The notes beneath the pieces were generated by a model. That model was not told the DNA's origin, searched no databases, and was given only the letters and a program-made list of their open reading frames with translations. A stretch of 32,000 nt of DNA from Puniceicoccales bacterium (GTDB taxonomy: Bacteria; Verrucomicrobiota; Verrucomicrobiia; Opitutales; JAIRLG01), in NCBI GenBank assembly GCA_031288595.1, contig JAITRB010000011.1, positions 29,799 through 61,798 on the forward strand, given 5' to 3'. Of this stretch, positions 8,827-17,871 are shown one piece after another (the first letter of the stretch is position 1; every line of letters starts with the position of its first letter). The position numbers were made by a program, and so were the translations under genes.

Positions 8827-9939
8827 ATGTTCTCCATTGCCGACCGCCATGTCCTGGGCAGGTGGTGGCGCTATTTCCTGCTCTGCCTGGCCCTCACCCT
8901 CGGCATTCTGCTGCTGGAGAACCTGTACAACCATCTCCATGAACTGCTCCGCCAAGGCATCTCCCTGACGAAGATCGCCTGCTATTACTTCTTGTTCTGT
9001 CCTCAACTCTTCCCCCTCGTCGTCCCCGTTGCCTTTTTTCTGTCCCTCCTACTCGCCTTAGGCGAACTGGATCGGCATGGCGAGATCATCGCCTTTCAGG
9101 CAGCTGGCATACCCCGGATCTCCCTCACCCGTTCGCTGGCTGCTGTTGGCCTTCTGCTCTCGCTCCTGCTCAGCTATTTTCAGGATGAGCCCGCAGTGCG
9201 GGCACGAAAACTTTTAGGGGACTACCAGGCCCAGATGGGAGTTTTCTCGGCTGCCCTAGCGGGAAGCATCCTCCATCATGTCGGCTGGAATGATGAGCCA
9301 CAGGGTCGGCTCTGGTATATGAGGAGCCTCGAGCCTTCAAAGGGCATCGCCACGGCGGTCCATCTCCACGAGAGGGATGCCGGGGGGCATGAGTGGAGGC
9401 GCATCTCCGCTGCCCAGGCCACCTTCGATCTCTCCACAAGACGCTGGATATTTTCCCAGGGACGCCTCACCATCTTCGATCTCCAGAGCCATTATCCCCA
9501 GTCCAGTATCCTCTTCGAGCGCTATGAGCTCGAGGACCTCCGCTGTTCCCCGTCGCTTTTGGCCCTCCATCACAAAAAGCCCGGAGAGCTGACATTCCAC
9601 GAGCTGCGGACACTGGTCCGGCAGGAGCGGGATGGAGCGGGCATTTTTTCGGAAAGCAGGCGGAGAGCCCAGTACCTCTTTTACTGGAACCGCCTCCTTG
9701 AGCCCTGGGCCTGCCTCCTGATCTTCTTCATCACCCTACCCTGTGCCACCGGTGGTCACCGCAGCGATGCCATGGCCAGCTTTGGCAGGGCGACGGGCCT
9801 TCTCTTCGCCTTCTATCTCCTCTCCCATGTCTGCCGTGCCCTTGGCCTCCATGGAACCCTCGGTGCCCCATTGGCAGCCCTGGGCCCCTATCTACTCCTG
9901 ATCCTCTGCGCCCTCCCCAGTTACCGCTCCCCATCTTAG
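8827..9939 (+). CDS. LptF/LptG-family (YjgP/YjgQ) LPS export permease
   Basis: 370 aa with an ATG start. The N-terminus (ADRHVLGRWWRYFLLCLALTLGILLL...) is typical of the family. Three TM segments are followed by a periplasmic domain and then three more TM segments. Confidence 0.8.
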   Translation: MFSIADRHVLGRWWRYFLLCLALTLGILLLENLYNHLHELLRQGISLTKIACYYFLFCPQLFPLVVPVAFFLSLLLALGELDRHGEIIAFQAAGIPRISLTRSLAAVGLLLSLLLSYFQDEPAVRARKLLGDYQAQMGVFSAALAGSILHHVGWNDEPQGRLWYMRSLEPSKGIATAVHLHERDAGGHEWRRISAAQATFDLSTRRWIFSQGRLTIFDLQSHYPQSSILFERYELEDLRCSPSLLALHHKKPGELTFHELRTLVRQERDGAGIFSESRRRAQYLFYWNRLLEPWACLLIFFITLPCATGGHRSDAMASFGRATGLLFAFYLLSHVCRALGLHGTLGAPLAALGPYLLLILCALPSYRSPS

Positions 9940-10073
9940 GGCTGTATGACTTTATTCGTATCGACAAAACGGCCAATGTCGCTAAAAACTAAGCCCCATT
10001 GCCGATTCATATGAAGAGCGGACAACACTCACCCTCCCTCTTGAGTCCACCAGGTCGTGGGGAGCGGGTCTGG

Positions 10074-10163
10074 GCTGTCTTTGCAGGTAGGGAATGGCCT
10101 TTTAGGCCATTCCCTACCTGGGGCTCGCAGAGCGAGCCGAGCCCTATGGGCTCCAAAGACAGC
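10074..10163 (+). repeat. Four-way-junction palindromic element, copy B (long-short-short); homology with copy C extends to about 10061-10177
   Basis: Closing stem gctgtctttg (10074-10083) pairs with caaagacagc (10154-10163). Inside are caggtagggaatggcct-ttt-aggccattccctacctg (10084-10120), ggctcgc-aga-gcgagcc (10122-10138) and gagccc-tat-gggctc (10139-10153). Confidence 0.9.
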
Positions 10164-10199
10164 GCAGCGGAAGTAGGAGGAAATTTCCAATCTTCGGCC

Positions 10200-12782
10200 A
10201 TGGCTACCGCTGGGCATCTGGCCCGAGAGGGGCTGCGGCCATCGGGATCCAAGCAGGTTTTGACTCTCCGTTTGTTCCTCTGTTTTTACCTGACCTGTTT
10301 CCAGGTCTGTGGCGAGAAGGATTCCCTCTCTTCCTCATTTCAGGACACTTCAGACGCTCCCAGATCCCTTTCTCAGGCTCCGGTCCAACTGGAGCTCAAT
10401 GCAGGCATTCCGGAATCGATCGAGCCATGTCCCTGGCCACCGCTGCGGCCCTCGCCGAACATGAGGGAAGAAACCCTTGCCATGAAGCGCTGTCTCGAGG
10501 AATTTCATTACGCCAAAAAGCCCCTCTATCAAATACCAGCGGAAGAAATTCTGAAGAACTACTTCGCGAGTATGGACAGTTCTCGCGTGCTTTTCCTCGA
10601 ACCGGAAATCCAGCAGATCACCCAGGAATTGGCGCCCAAACTTCATCTCTTTCTACAGAGGGGGGATCTCACGAAGGCCTTCGAGATCTTCGATCTTTAC
10701 CGCCGGCATCTGTGGGAGTGCAGCACTCGGATTCTCCGCGACATTCCCACACTGGATATCCAATCCCTCTCAGCGGAACATTATTGCCCTTATCGGAAAG
10801 AACCGCCTTGGCCGCAGGACGGAGCCACAGCGGAACACCTGTGGAGGCAGCGCCTCATTTACGAAATCCAGAGCGAAGTTCTATCGCTGGAAGGTGAATT
10901 TATCCCCAAACCCTCCCTTTGGGGAAGTCCATCGAGAAAAGCACCTCAACTGCATTCGAAGGAGGAGCCTGGTCCCAGGATTTCTCTCTTCTGGGAAGCG
11001 CTGATCCATGAAAAGGAATTGCCGGCAGCGACCTGGCTCACCCGTCCCGACCGCCTGATACCGCCGCGAAGACCTCCATGGCTGGACATTTTGCGCAAAA
11101 CCCTGCAGGATTTACCGGAGGAATGCTCGCCTCCGCCGGCCATCGTCGCCAAGGCGAAGGAATGCATCGCCAGGCACTACAAGAGTTTCCTCAATTTCTA
11201 TTCCGGCATCGAGCCCTGCTTCGTCCAGGAACTCTTCCTCAACAGCCTAGCCCAGCTTTACGATCCCCATTCGAGCTTTCTCTCGAAGGATACTTTTGAG
11301 GAATTCAATACCCTCCTGCGCAATACTCTGGTCGGTATCGGGGCCTGGCTCCACTACCACAACGGCTGCACCATCGAGGGGCTCACCCCTGGGGGCCCTG
11401 CCGCCCGCAGCGGGCTGCTGCACCCAGGCGATCGCATCGTAGCAGTCGGCGAAGAGGGGCAAGAGGCCATCGAGATCACCAATATGCCCTCCTACCGCAG
11501 CGTTCGGCTCATCCGCGGAGCCAAGGGCAGCCGCGTGCATCTGACCATCGAACCGGCTGAGGGGGATGCAGCCGACCGAAGAATCATCACGCTCATACGC
11601 GATACGATCCCCATCGAAAGCGCCCGTGCCAGCGCGAAACTTCTCACCCTGTCCGACGACCCGGCTGCCCCCCTCTGCATCGGCTACATCTGCTTGCCTT
11701 CCTTCTACGGCCCGGAAGAAGAGGACAAGGCCTCATCGGGCTCGAGCGATGATGTGCGGCAATTGCTGAAGGAGCTTAAGACCCAAGGGGCGAGAGGATT
11801 GATCCTCGACCTCCGCGGCAACAGCGGTGGGCTTTTGGAAGAGGCCATCGTGCTGGCAGGACTGTTCATTCCGGAGGGCCCCATCGTGCAGGTGCGGGAT
11901 CCGGAAGGCCAAACGCAGGTTTGGCACAGCCATACGGCGACGCCGCTATGGGATAGGCCGACGATCACGCTCATCTCCAAGCAAAGCGTATCGGCCTCCG
12001 AAATTCTGGCTGGAGCCCTGCAGGATCATTGCCGCAGCCTCATCGTCGGGGATAAGTGCACCCATGGCAAGGGCAGTGTGCAGGCCCTGATTCCCCTCGA
12101 ACGTATCCTGGGTAACTGGTTCAGCTTCAAAAAGGAAATCATGGGAGCCACCCGGATTACGGTCAACAAATGGTACCGACCCAGCGGAAAGTCTATCCAG
12201 CTCCGCGGGGTCGTCTCCGACATTCCTCTCCCGTCCTTCGACGAGTGGCTCCCCATTGGTGAATCGGACTTGCCTCATGCGCTTGCCTGGGATGCCATCG
12301 TCCCCCCGAAGTCGGGGAAGGCCCTCGTGTCCGCCGAGCGCGGGCAACCCTTCGAGCAGCTTCTCCAGCGCTTGCGCCGGCAGAGCGAGTCGCGCCAGCA
12401 GACCCTGCCGGAGTTTGCAGTGCTGGACACCCGCATTCGGCTCTTTCGCCGCAAGCTTGATCAGGAAGAAGTCTCCCTCGACCTGTCTCAGCGCCTTCGG
12501 GAGCGGCGGGAAGAGGCCCGTCTCCAACGCGAGATTCAGTCCCAAATCGACGGCATTTCCGCCCAACCCTTCTTCAGGTCCATTCCCATCACGCTCTCCT
12601 CCCTGAGCTCTTCGGCTGCTTCCAAAAAAACATACGGGGAAGAGGAGGTGATCCGGGCAAGCCCCTCTTCGAAAAAGGAAAAAAGTCCTGGCGAGGAATA
12701 TGACACGCATCTGCGGGAAGCCCTGCGCCTGATGCGGGACTGGATTGAGGGACAAAATACTGCTCTCGCGACAGCGGCCTAG
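10200..12782 (+). CDS. prc: Tail-specific / C-terminal processing protease (S41, PDZ-containing)
   Basis: S41 features are present: a PDZ-like region (GIGAWLHYHNG...GGPAARSGLLHPGDRIVAVG), LILDLRGNSGGLLEEA and SASEILAGALQD...GDKCTHGKGSVQ. I moved the start to ATG 10200 (MATAG...LTLRLFLCFYLTCFQVCG, signal-like) because the track's 9999 start reads through repeat copy B. Confidence 0.85.
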   Translation: MATAGHLAREGLRPSGSKQVLTLRLFLCFYLTCFQVCGEKDSLSSSFQDTSDAPRSLSQAPVQLELNAGIPESIEPCPWPPLRPSPNMREETLAMKRCLEEFHYAKKPLYQIPAEEILKNYFASMDSSRVLFLEPEIQQITQELAPKLHLFLQRGDLTKAFEIFDLYRRHLWECSTRILRDIPTLDIQSLSAEHYCPYRKEPPWPQDGATAEHLWRQRLIYEIQSEVLSLEGEFIPKPSLWGSPSRKAPQLHSKEEPGPRISLFWEALIHEKELPAATWLTRPDRLIPPRRPPWLDILRKTLQDLPEECSPPPAIVAKAKECIARHYKSFLNFYSGIEPCFVQELFLNSLAQLYDPHSSFLSKDTFEEFNTLLRNTLVGIGAWLHYHNGCTIEGLTPGGPAARSGLLHPGDRIVAVGEEGQEAIEITNMPSYRSVRLIRGAKGSRVHLTIEPAEGDAADRRIITLIRDTIPIESARASAKLLTLSDDPAAPLCIGYICLPSFYGPEEEDKASSGSSDDVRQLLKELKTQGARGLILDLRGNSGGLLEEAIVLAGLFIPEGPIVQVRDPEGQTQVWHSHTATPLWDRPTITLISKQSVSASEILAGALQDHCRSLIVGDKCTHGKGSVQALIPLERILGNWFSFKKEIMGATRITVNKWYRPSGKSIQLRGVVSDIPLPSFDEWLPIGESDLPHALAWDAIVPPKSGKALVSAERGQPFEQLLQRLRRQSESRQQTLPEFAVLDTRIRLFRRKLDQEEVSLDLSQRLRERREEARLQREIQSQIDGISAQPFFRSIPITLSSLSSSAASKKTYGEEEVIRASPSSKKEKSPGEEYDTHLREALRLMRDWIEGQNTALATAA

Positions 12783-12810
12783 TCCCGGGTGCTGGATGCC
12801 TGCCTCCGCT

Positions 12811-12905
12811 GTGCTGTCTTTGGAGCCCATAGGGCTCGGCTCGCTTTGCGAGCCCCAGGCAGGGCATGGCCTTCACAGCCCATGCCCTGCCTGCAAAGAC
12901 AGCAC
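12811..12905 (-). repeat. Four-way-junction palindromic element, copy C (short-short-long), an inverted near-copy of B; homology extends to about 12799-12917
   Basis: Closing stem gtgctgtctttg (12811-12822) pairs with caaagacagcac (12894-12905). Inside are gagccc-ata-gggctc (12823-12837), ggctcgc-ttt-gcgagcc (12838-12854) and a long arm caggcagggcatgg...ccatgccctgcctg (12856-12893). Confidence 0.9.
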
Positions 12906-12970
12906 AGCACCCGCTCCTGCCTCTTAGATCTAAGAAAATCACTCCCGAACGCTGCGGGGAATTCCGGTCT

Positions 12971-13735
12971 TCACTCGGCCGAGGGGAGAAGCAGGCGTTG
13001 ACCGACGCGAACTTGGTTGGGTTGCGACAGCTGATCCCGATTGATCTCGAAAATCGCCGGCCAGCGGCTCGCATCGCCCAAGACCTTTTGGCTGATGATC
13101 GACAGTGTATCGCCCTCCTGCACGAGATAGGTCTTCTCGCGCGCCAGGGCGCGTTCCTCCAGTCCTTGCTCCAGCCGCCCCCTCGCCCCTCTCGCAATAG
13201 ATGCTTCGGGGCCTGGCTCCAAGTGCCGCTCCAGATCGACCACCCGCTGCTTCAGCTGGGCATTTTCCTTCCGCAGCTCCCGCAGTAGAAGCGGAAAATC
13301 ATTGGCGTATTTTTTGTAGAGGGAACTTTGATAGCACTGTTTCATGAACAGCTTTTGGAGTGAATCGATCCATTGAGGCACCCATTCGCGCTCCTTGGCC
13401 TCCTCCGCTGCGCAGATCAGGAATTGACGGAAGTGGTAGATAGCGAAAATCGGGTCCTCCAGCGTCTCCCAGTAAATTTTCCCGCAGAAGAGGTGTGACT
13501 GCGGCGTTGGATGATGTTGGCGGATGAGCGCCGAGAACTTTTCCAAAGCCTCGGTCGCCCGACCTTCCCGAAGCAATTGCTGGCCCCGGCGGTAGAGGCC
13601 ATCTTCTTCCTCCGACCACTCCTCCGCCGTCGGCTGGCAGGCCGTCAGGAAACAGAACACGAGCAGCAGCGCCGGAAGCCAAGTGCTCCGCCTCGGCGGA
13701 AGGGAGGAGAAAATACCTGTGCTGGAAATCCGCAT
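12971..13735 (-). CDS. Lipoprotein with helical/TPR-like region, coiled coil and C-terminal LysM domain
   Basis: 254 aa with an ATG start. It has a signal peptide with lipobox (LLLVFCFLTAC) and a C-terminal LysM signature: YLVQEGDTLSIISQKVLGDASRWPAIFEINRDQLSQPNQVRVGQRLLLP. Confidence 0.8.
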   Translation of the reverse strand: MRISSTGIFSSLPPRRSTWLPALLLVFCFLTACQPTAEEWSEEEDGLYRRGQQLLREGRATEALEKFSALIRQHHPTPQSHLFCGKIYWETLEDPIFAIYHFRQFLICAAEEAKEREWVPQWIDSLQKLFMKQCYQSSLYKKYANDFPLLLRELRKENAQLKQRVVDLERHLEPGPEASIARGARGRLEQGLEERALAREKTYLVQEGDTLSIISQKVLGDASRWPAIFEINRDQLSQPNQVRVGQRLLLPSAE

Positions 13736-14055
13736 GGCAGGAGTTTTTCGACTGAAAAAATTGAAACTGCCTCACTCTCTTTGGCCAGAAAATAACACAG
13801 AGCTCATCGGCGGCGACTTGCCGACTCTCCCTCACTGCCATCCGGTTTTGCCATTTGCGATGATTTTTGCCGTTTGTGATGATTCACAGAACGGAGCGGA
13901 GAAGACGCACTTGCCAAAAGCACGGAGGAGCTCTATAAAACCCGTTCCGGAAATTCGGCAGGTCCAAGGCGATGAGATGCAAGATTTCAGCTTTTTTTGT
14001 TGACAGGACTCACAGACTAGCTCTCGGCAGAGTCTCTGCGTAATCGAAATCGCCC

Positions 14056-15933
14056 GTGCCCATTATTTCCCGAGAGTCGATTGAGAATATCCGGAAAAAT
14101 GTGGATATTTGCGATGTCGTTTCCACTTATGTGCAGCTCAAGCGCATCGGTTCCCGTTGGCGTGGCCTGAGTCCCTTCAACCAGGAAAAAACGCCCTCCT
14201 TCTTCATCCTTCCCGAAAAGGGGATTTTCAAGTGCTTCAGCTCCGGCCATGCGGGAGATATCTTTCGATTCCTCCAGCTGAAGGAGAATTTCAGCTTTAC
14301 TGAAGCCGTTGAATGGCTCGCAGAGCGCTATCATTTCTCACTCCGCTACGAGGAAAATGGCCGTGCGGTCCGCACAGGCGAAAGCCACACCAAGGCGCTG
14401 CTCGAAATCCACAGGGTGGCCGAGGGATTTTTCCGAGAATGCTGGAGATCCTCCAGCACTTTGGCCGAACAGGTACGGAGGTACTGGGAAAAAGACCGCG
14501 GATTCAGCCAGGAACTAGCCGAATGCTACGGTGTCGGCTTCGCTCCTCCGGAGGATAACGGAGAGCTCTTTCACCGGCTGCGCAAGGGGTTTCCCCAGGA
14601 AGTGATGGCGCATTCCGGGCTTTTCTACGCTTCGCGCAGCGGCACCTCCCCCACTCCGCGCTTCCGCGGAAGGCTGATGGTCCCGATTCGGGACATTCAT
14701 GGCCGGGCGATCGCCTTTGCTGGCCGCCAGCTGGAGGGCATCACGCCGCCGCAGGATCCCGCCTACGAATCCAAGTACATCAACTCGCCTCAGACCCCGC
14801 TTTTCAGCAAAGGTGAGCTTCTCTTCGGCCTCGACCAAGCTCGGCAGCAGATTCAGCACGAGGAGGTATTTCTCCTCGTCGAGGGACAGCTCGACGCGCT
14901 GCGCTGCCACTCGGTCGGACTCCGAAGCGCCGTCGCGCCCCAGGGAACCGGGGTCACCGAAGGGCAGCTCCACCAGCTGAGGCGCTACAGTCCTCGACTT
15001 TGGTGCTTCCTGGATAGCGATGAAGCGGGCCAAAAGGCGGCCTTGCGCGTCCTAGAAATGGCTCTCAAGGAAGAGATGGAAGTTCGCTTCATCCTCCTCC
15101 CCGAGGGGCAGGATCCCGACACCTATCTCCGCGGGAAGGGGCAGGTGACGCTGCGAGAATTGGAAGCCTTGACCTGCTCGGCCATCGGCTTTGCCATACG
15201 CCGCTGGCTCCCACAGGGAATGGCGGCGGATGTCCATGAGAAGGAACGGACGCTGCGAAGTATTTTCGCTCTCATCCGCCCAGTCTCCTCCTCTGTCATC
15301 CGCGAAGCCTATATTCGGGAAGCTTCCCAGCTCATGGGCATCGATGTCCGCTCTGTCCTCAGCGACTTCGAGCATTTCTGCGATCGGACGAAGATGCAGG
15401 GAGGCAGCAGTGCTCCGGAAAGCAGTGGGGCGAACCCTCTCTGCAAAACGGCAGAGCCAGGGGCCAAGATCCACTCCGTCACCTACGACCTCCTTTCCCT
15501 TCTGGTCCACCACGAGAATCTGGGAGCAGCTCTGGCCCGCCTCATCGAAAAGGTCTGGCTCGACGAACGGGATCCTGACCACGCGCTGCTGAGGCATCTG
15601 CTGGAGAGCTTCCGCGAAAATCTCTGGAATGGCTGGGAGCACGTGGATGAAAATTTTGCTCCCCAAGAGTGCGATCGTCTCTATACTGTGTTGGCGACGG
15701 GGGATTTTTTTGAAGATCCGTTAGAAACGGCCAACATGTGTCTTCGCAAATTGCATCGGGATCATATCCAGAGAGTGATTCGGGAGATCATGGCCCCTGA
15801 GCACTCCTCTTCTGAGGAGGCGGAAAAAATGCCCCTTGGGGAAGAGGATTGGAAGGATCGCGTTCGTCAAAAGATGCAGTGGCAGCGCTTGCTCCAGCGT
15901 CCGCCCCAGTTAACTCCACAGGATATTTCATGA
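14056..15933 (+). CDS. dnaG: DNA primase DnaG (zinc-ribbon ligands degenerate)
   Basis: 625 aa with a GTG start. The N-terminus (ISRESIENIRKNVDICDVVSTYVQLKR), the RNA-polymerase domain and the TOPRIM region (EVFLLVEGQLDALRCHSVG...FLDSDEAGQKAA) are present. rpoD follows immediately, giving dnaG-rpoD synteny. Confidence 0.9.
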   Translation: MPIISRESIENIRKNVDICDVVSTYVQLKRIGSRWRGLSPFNQEKTPSFFILPEKGIFKCFSSGHAGDIFRFLQLKENFSFTEAVEWLAERYHFSLRYEENGRAVRTGESHTKALLEIHRVAEGFFRECWRSSSTLAEQVRRYWEKDRGFSQELAECYGVGFAPPEDNGELFHRLRKGFPQEVMAHSGLFYASRSGTSPTPRFRGRLMVPIRDIHGRAIAFAGRQLEGITPPQDPAYESKYINSPQTPLFSKGELLFGLDQARQQIQHEEVFLLVEGQLDALRCHSVGLRSAVAPQGTGVTEGQLHQLRRYSPRLWCFLDSDEAGQKAALRVLEMALKEEMEVRFILLPEGQDPDTYLRGKGQVTLRELEALTCSAIGFAIRRWLPQGMAADVHEKERTLRSIFALIRPVSSSVIREAYIREASQLMGIDVRSVLSDFEHFCDRTKMQGGSSAPESSGANPLCKTAEPGAKIHSVTYDLLSLLVHHENLGAALARLIEKVWLDERDPDHALLRHLLESFRENLWNGWEHVDENFAPQECDRLYTVLATGDFFEDPLETANMCLRKLHRDHIQRVIREIMAPEHSSSEEAEKMPLGEEDWKDRVRQKMQWQRLLQRPPQLTPQDIS

Positions 15934-15956
15934 GATAGGCCCTAGGAATCCGCCAT

Positions 15957-17729
15957 ATGGACACAAAATCACCCGAAACCCACGCCGAGAATCCCGAAAT
16001 CAATGAACGCGTGCGCCTGCTCATACGGCAGGCGAAGGAACAGGGATACCTGACCCTGGCGGACATCAGCGACCAGCTGCCGGAAATGTCCGACACTCCG
16101 GAAGAGATCGAGAACATCATCAACATCCTCGACCATCTCGAGATCGAGATTCTCGATGGCGATGAGGTGGAGGCCTATCAACAGCGCCTGGAGGAGGAAA
16201 GCCTCTCCTCCTTTTCTCCGGAGGAAATCGCGGAAGATCCGGTACGCATGTACCTGCGCCAGATGGGACAAGTACCCCTGCTGACCCGCAACGAAGAGGT
16301 GTCCATCTCCAAGCGCATCGAAAATGCCGAGCTCCAGGCCCAGGATGAATTATTTTCCATTCACCTCACCGCAGAATTCCAGATCGATCTGGCTGAACGC
16401 CTCCTGCAGCGGGAAGAGCGCTTCGACCAGATCGTCCTGGATAAGAAGATCGAGAGCCGCGAGGTTTATTACCGCATCGTCACCCGCTCGCTGGAGGAGA
16501 GCCGCATGCTCCTGCAGTGCATCCGCGATGCCTGGAAAGAACAGCGCCAGCTCGGCGAGGAAGCGGCCAAACGCAAGCGGATCGGGATGCGCCTGCGGCA
16601 ATTCCAGCTGCAACTCCGAACGGTGCTGAAGCGTTTCTGCTTCAAGATGAAGGTCTTTGAGGATCTGCTCGAGAAATACCGGCCCGACCTGCGCCAGATC
16701 GAACAGCTTATGCAGGAGCGGCAGCGCGCGGAAAAGCTGTCTGCCCAGAACGGCAAGCCCGACAAGGCGTACCAGGAGCATATCCGCAAGGCCGTCGAAA
16801 AGCTGGAGACCAAGCTGGAAAGCGACCCATTCCTCTTCCTGGAGATCGTCAAAAAATTTCGGGAACACATGAGCGAGTCCCACATCGCCAAGCGGGAAAT
16901 GGTGGCGGCCAATCTTCGCCTCGTGGTCAGCATCGCGAAGAAATACACGAACCGCGGCCTTACCTTTTTGGACCTGATCCAGGAGGGCAATATGGGCTTG
17001 ATGAAGGCCGTTGAGAAGTTCGAGTACCGCCGCGGCTATAAATTCTCCACCTATGCGACCTGGTGGATCCGGCAGGCCATCACGCGGGCGATCGCCGACC
17101 AGGCCCGGACCATCCGGATTCCCGTCCACATGATCGAGGTGCTGAACCGCATCACCCAGATCCAGAAGCAGCTGTTCCAAGAGCTGGGGCGCGAGGCGAC
17201 GGCTGAGGAGGTGACCGCCGAGACCGACATGCCCCTGGAACGCGTCCAGGCGGTCATGAAAATGGCCCAACAGTCCATCTCGCTCCAGACGCCAGTGGGC
17301 GATGGGGATGATGCCTGCTTTGGGGATTTTCTCGAGGACAATAGTGCCGAAAATCCCTATGACATGACGGCCTATAGCCTGCTGCGGGAGAAGATCGACC
17401 ACGTTCTCACGACCCTCAACGAGCGGGAACGCGAGGTTCTGACCCTGCGCTTCGGCCTGCGGGATGGCTACAGCCGTACATTGGAAGAGGTCGGCAAGAT
17501 GTTCCGGGTCACTCGGGAACGCATCCGTCAAATCGAGGCCAAGGCCCTGAGGAAGATGCGCCACCCGACCCGCATCCGCCAGCTGAACGGATTTTTCGAG
17601 GGGGATTTCAACCTGGAAGGGCCTAGCTTCGAGGAATTTGTGGGAGAACAGCACCTGAGTTCGGAGCTCCTGCCTCAGTCGGCCGAAGGGGAAGAGGTCC
17701 CGGGTGCTCTTTCCGCCCTTGCCATCTGA
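15957..17729 (+). CDS. rpoD: Primary RNA polymerase sigma factor (sigma-70 family, group 1)
   Basis: 590 aa with an ATG start. Regions 1.2 to 4.2 are recognisable: [92 protein letters not shown] and [30 protein letters not shown]. Confidence 0.97.
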   Translation: MDTKSPETHAENPEINERVRLLIRQAKEQGYLTLADISDQLPEMSDTPEEIENIINILDHLEIEILDGDEVEAYQQRLEEESLSSFSPEEIAEDPVRMYLRQMGQVPLLTRNEEVSISKRIENAELQAQDELFSIHLTAEFQIDLAERLLQREERFDQIVLDKKIESREVYYRIVTRSLEESRMLLQCIRDAWKEQRQLGEEAAKRKRIGMRLRQFQLQLRTVLKRFCFKMKVFEDLLEKYRPDLRQIEQLMQERQRAEKLSAQNGKPDKAYQEHIRKAVEKLETKLESDPFLFLEIVKKFREHMSESHIAKREMVAANLRLVVSIAKKYTNRGLTFLDLIQEGNMGLMKAVEKFEYRRGYKFSTYATWWIRQAITRAIADQARTIRIPVHMIEVLNRITQIQKQLFQELGREATAEEVTAETDMPLERVQAVMKMAQQSISLQTPVGDGDDACFGDFLEDNSAENPYDMTAYSLLREKIDHVLTTLNEREREVLTLRFGLRDGYSRTLEEVGKMFRVTRERIRQIEAKALRKMRHPTRIRQLNGFFEGDFNLEGPSFEEFVGEQHLSSELLPQSAEGEEVPGALSALAI

Positions 17730-17755
17730 GCATCGAGCTATTCCTCCTCTTCTTC

Positions 17756-17846
17756 GCGCCATGGCCTGTCTGCCCCGCTAGCGGGGCAGACCCGCTGCGT
17801 CCCCGTAAGGGGACGCAGCCTTTGCTCCGCAAAGAGGCCATGGCGC
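17756..17846. repeat. Four-way-junction palindromic element, copy E (variant closing stem; medium-medium-short arms)
   Basis: Closing stem gcgccatggcct (17756-17767) pairs with aggccatggcgc (17835-17846). Inside are gtctgccccgc-ta-gcggggcagac (17768-17791), gctgcgtcccc-gtaa-ggggacgcagc (17794-17819) and ctttgc-tcc-gcaaag (17820-17834). It lies between the convergent rpoD and RluA-family genes. Confidence 0.85.
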
Positions 17847-17871
17847 ACGGGAACAGACAAAAACACATCCC

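Noticed and set aside
10061-10177. Retron msr/msd-like ncRNA (outer inverted repeats, short hairpins and one long hairpin)
   Set aside because: The topology is superficially similar, but there is no reverse transcriptase gene next to any of the eight copies. The elements are shorter than typical retron ncRNAs and occur at high copy number in both orientations.
9999-10199. N-terminal 67 codons of the 927-aa prc ORF in the track
   Set aside because: This stretch reads straight through repeat copy B. Its peptide (SQSEPSPMGSKDSAAEV) recurs as phantom ORFs at other copies. A signal-peptide-like segment follows ATG 10200, so the upstream part is treated as non-coding.
14000-14030. TTGACA hexamer upstream of dnaG as a promoter -35 element
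   Set aside because: No acceptable -10 hexamer lies at 16-19 nt spacing (tagctc or ctcggc only), so it is not reported as a feature.
16350-17762. 470-aa ORF on the minus strand
   Set aside because: It lies entirely antisense to the unambiguous rpoD CDS, is low-complexity and has no recognisable motifs. This is a typical shadow ORF in GC-rich DNA. The same reasoning applies to 6138-7310 (antisense to dprA), 11946-12830 (antisense to prc), 24918-25721 (antisense to the dehydrogenase), 4165-4944, 18949-19689, 1377-2081, 15052-15666 and 20582-21136.
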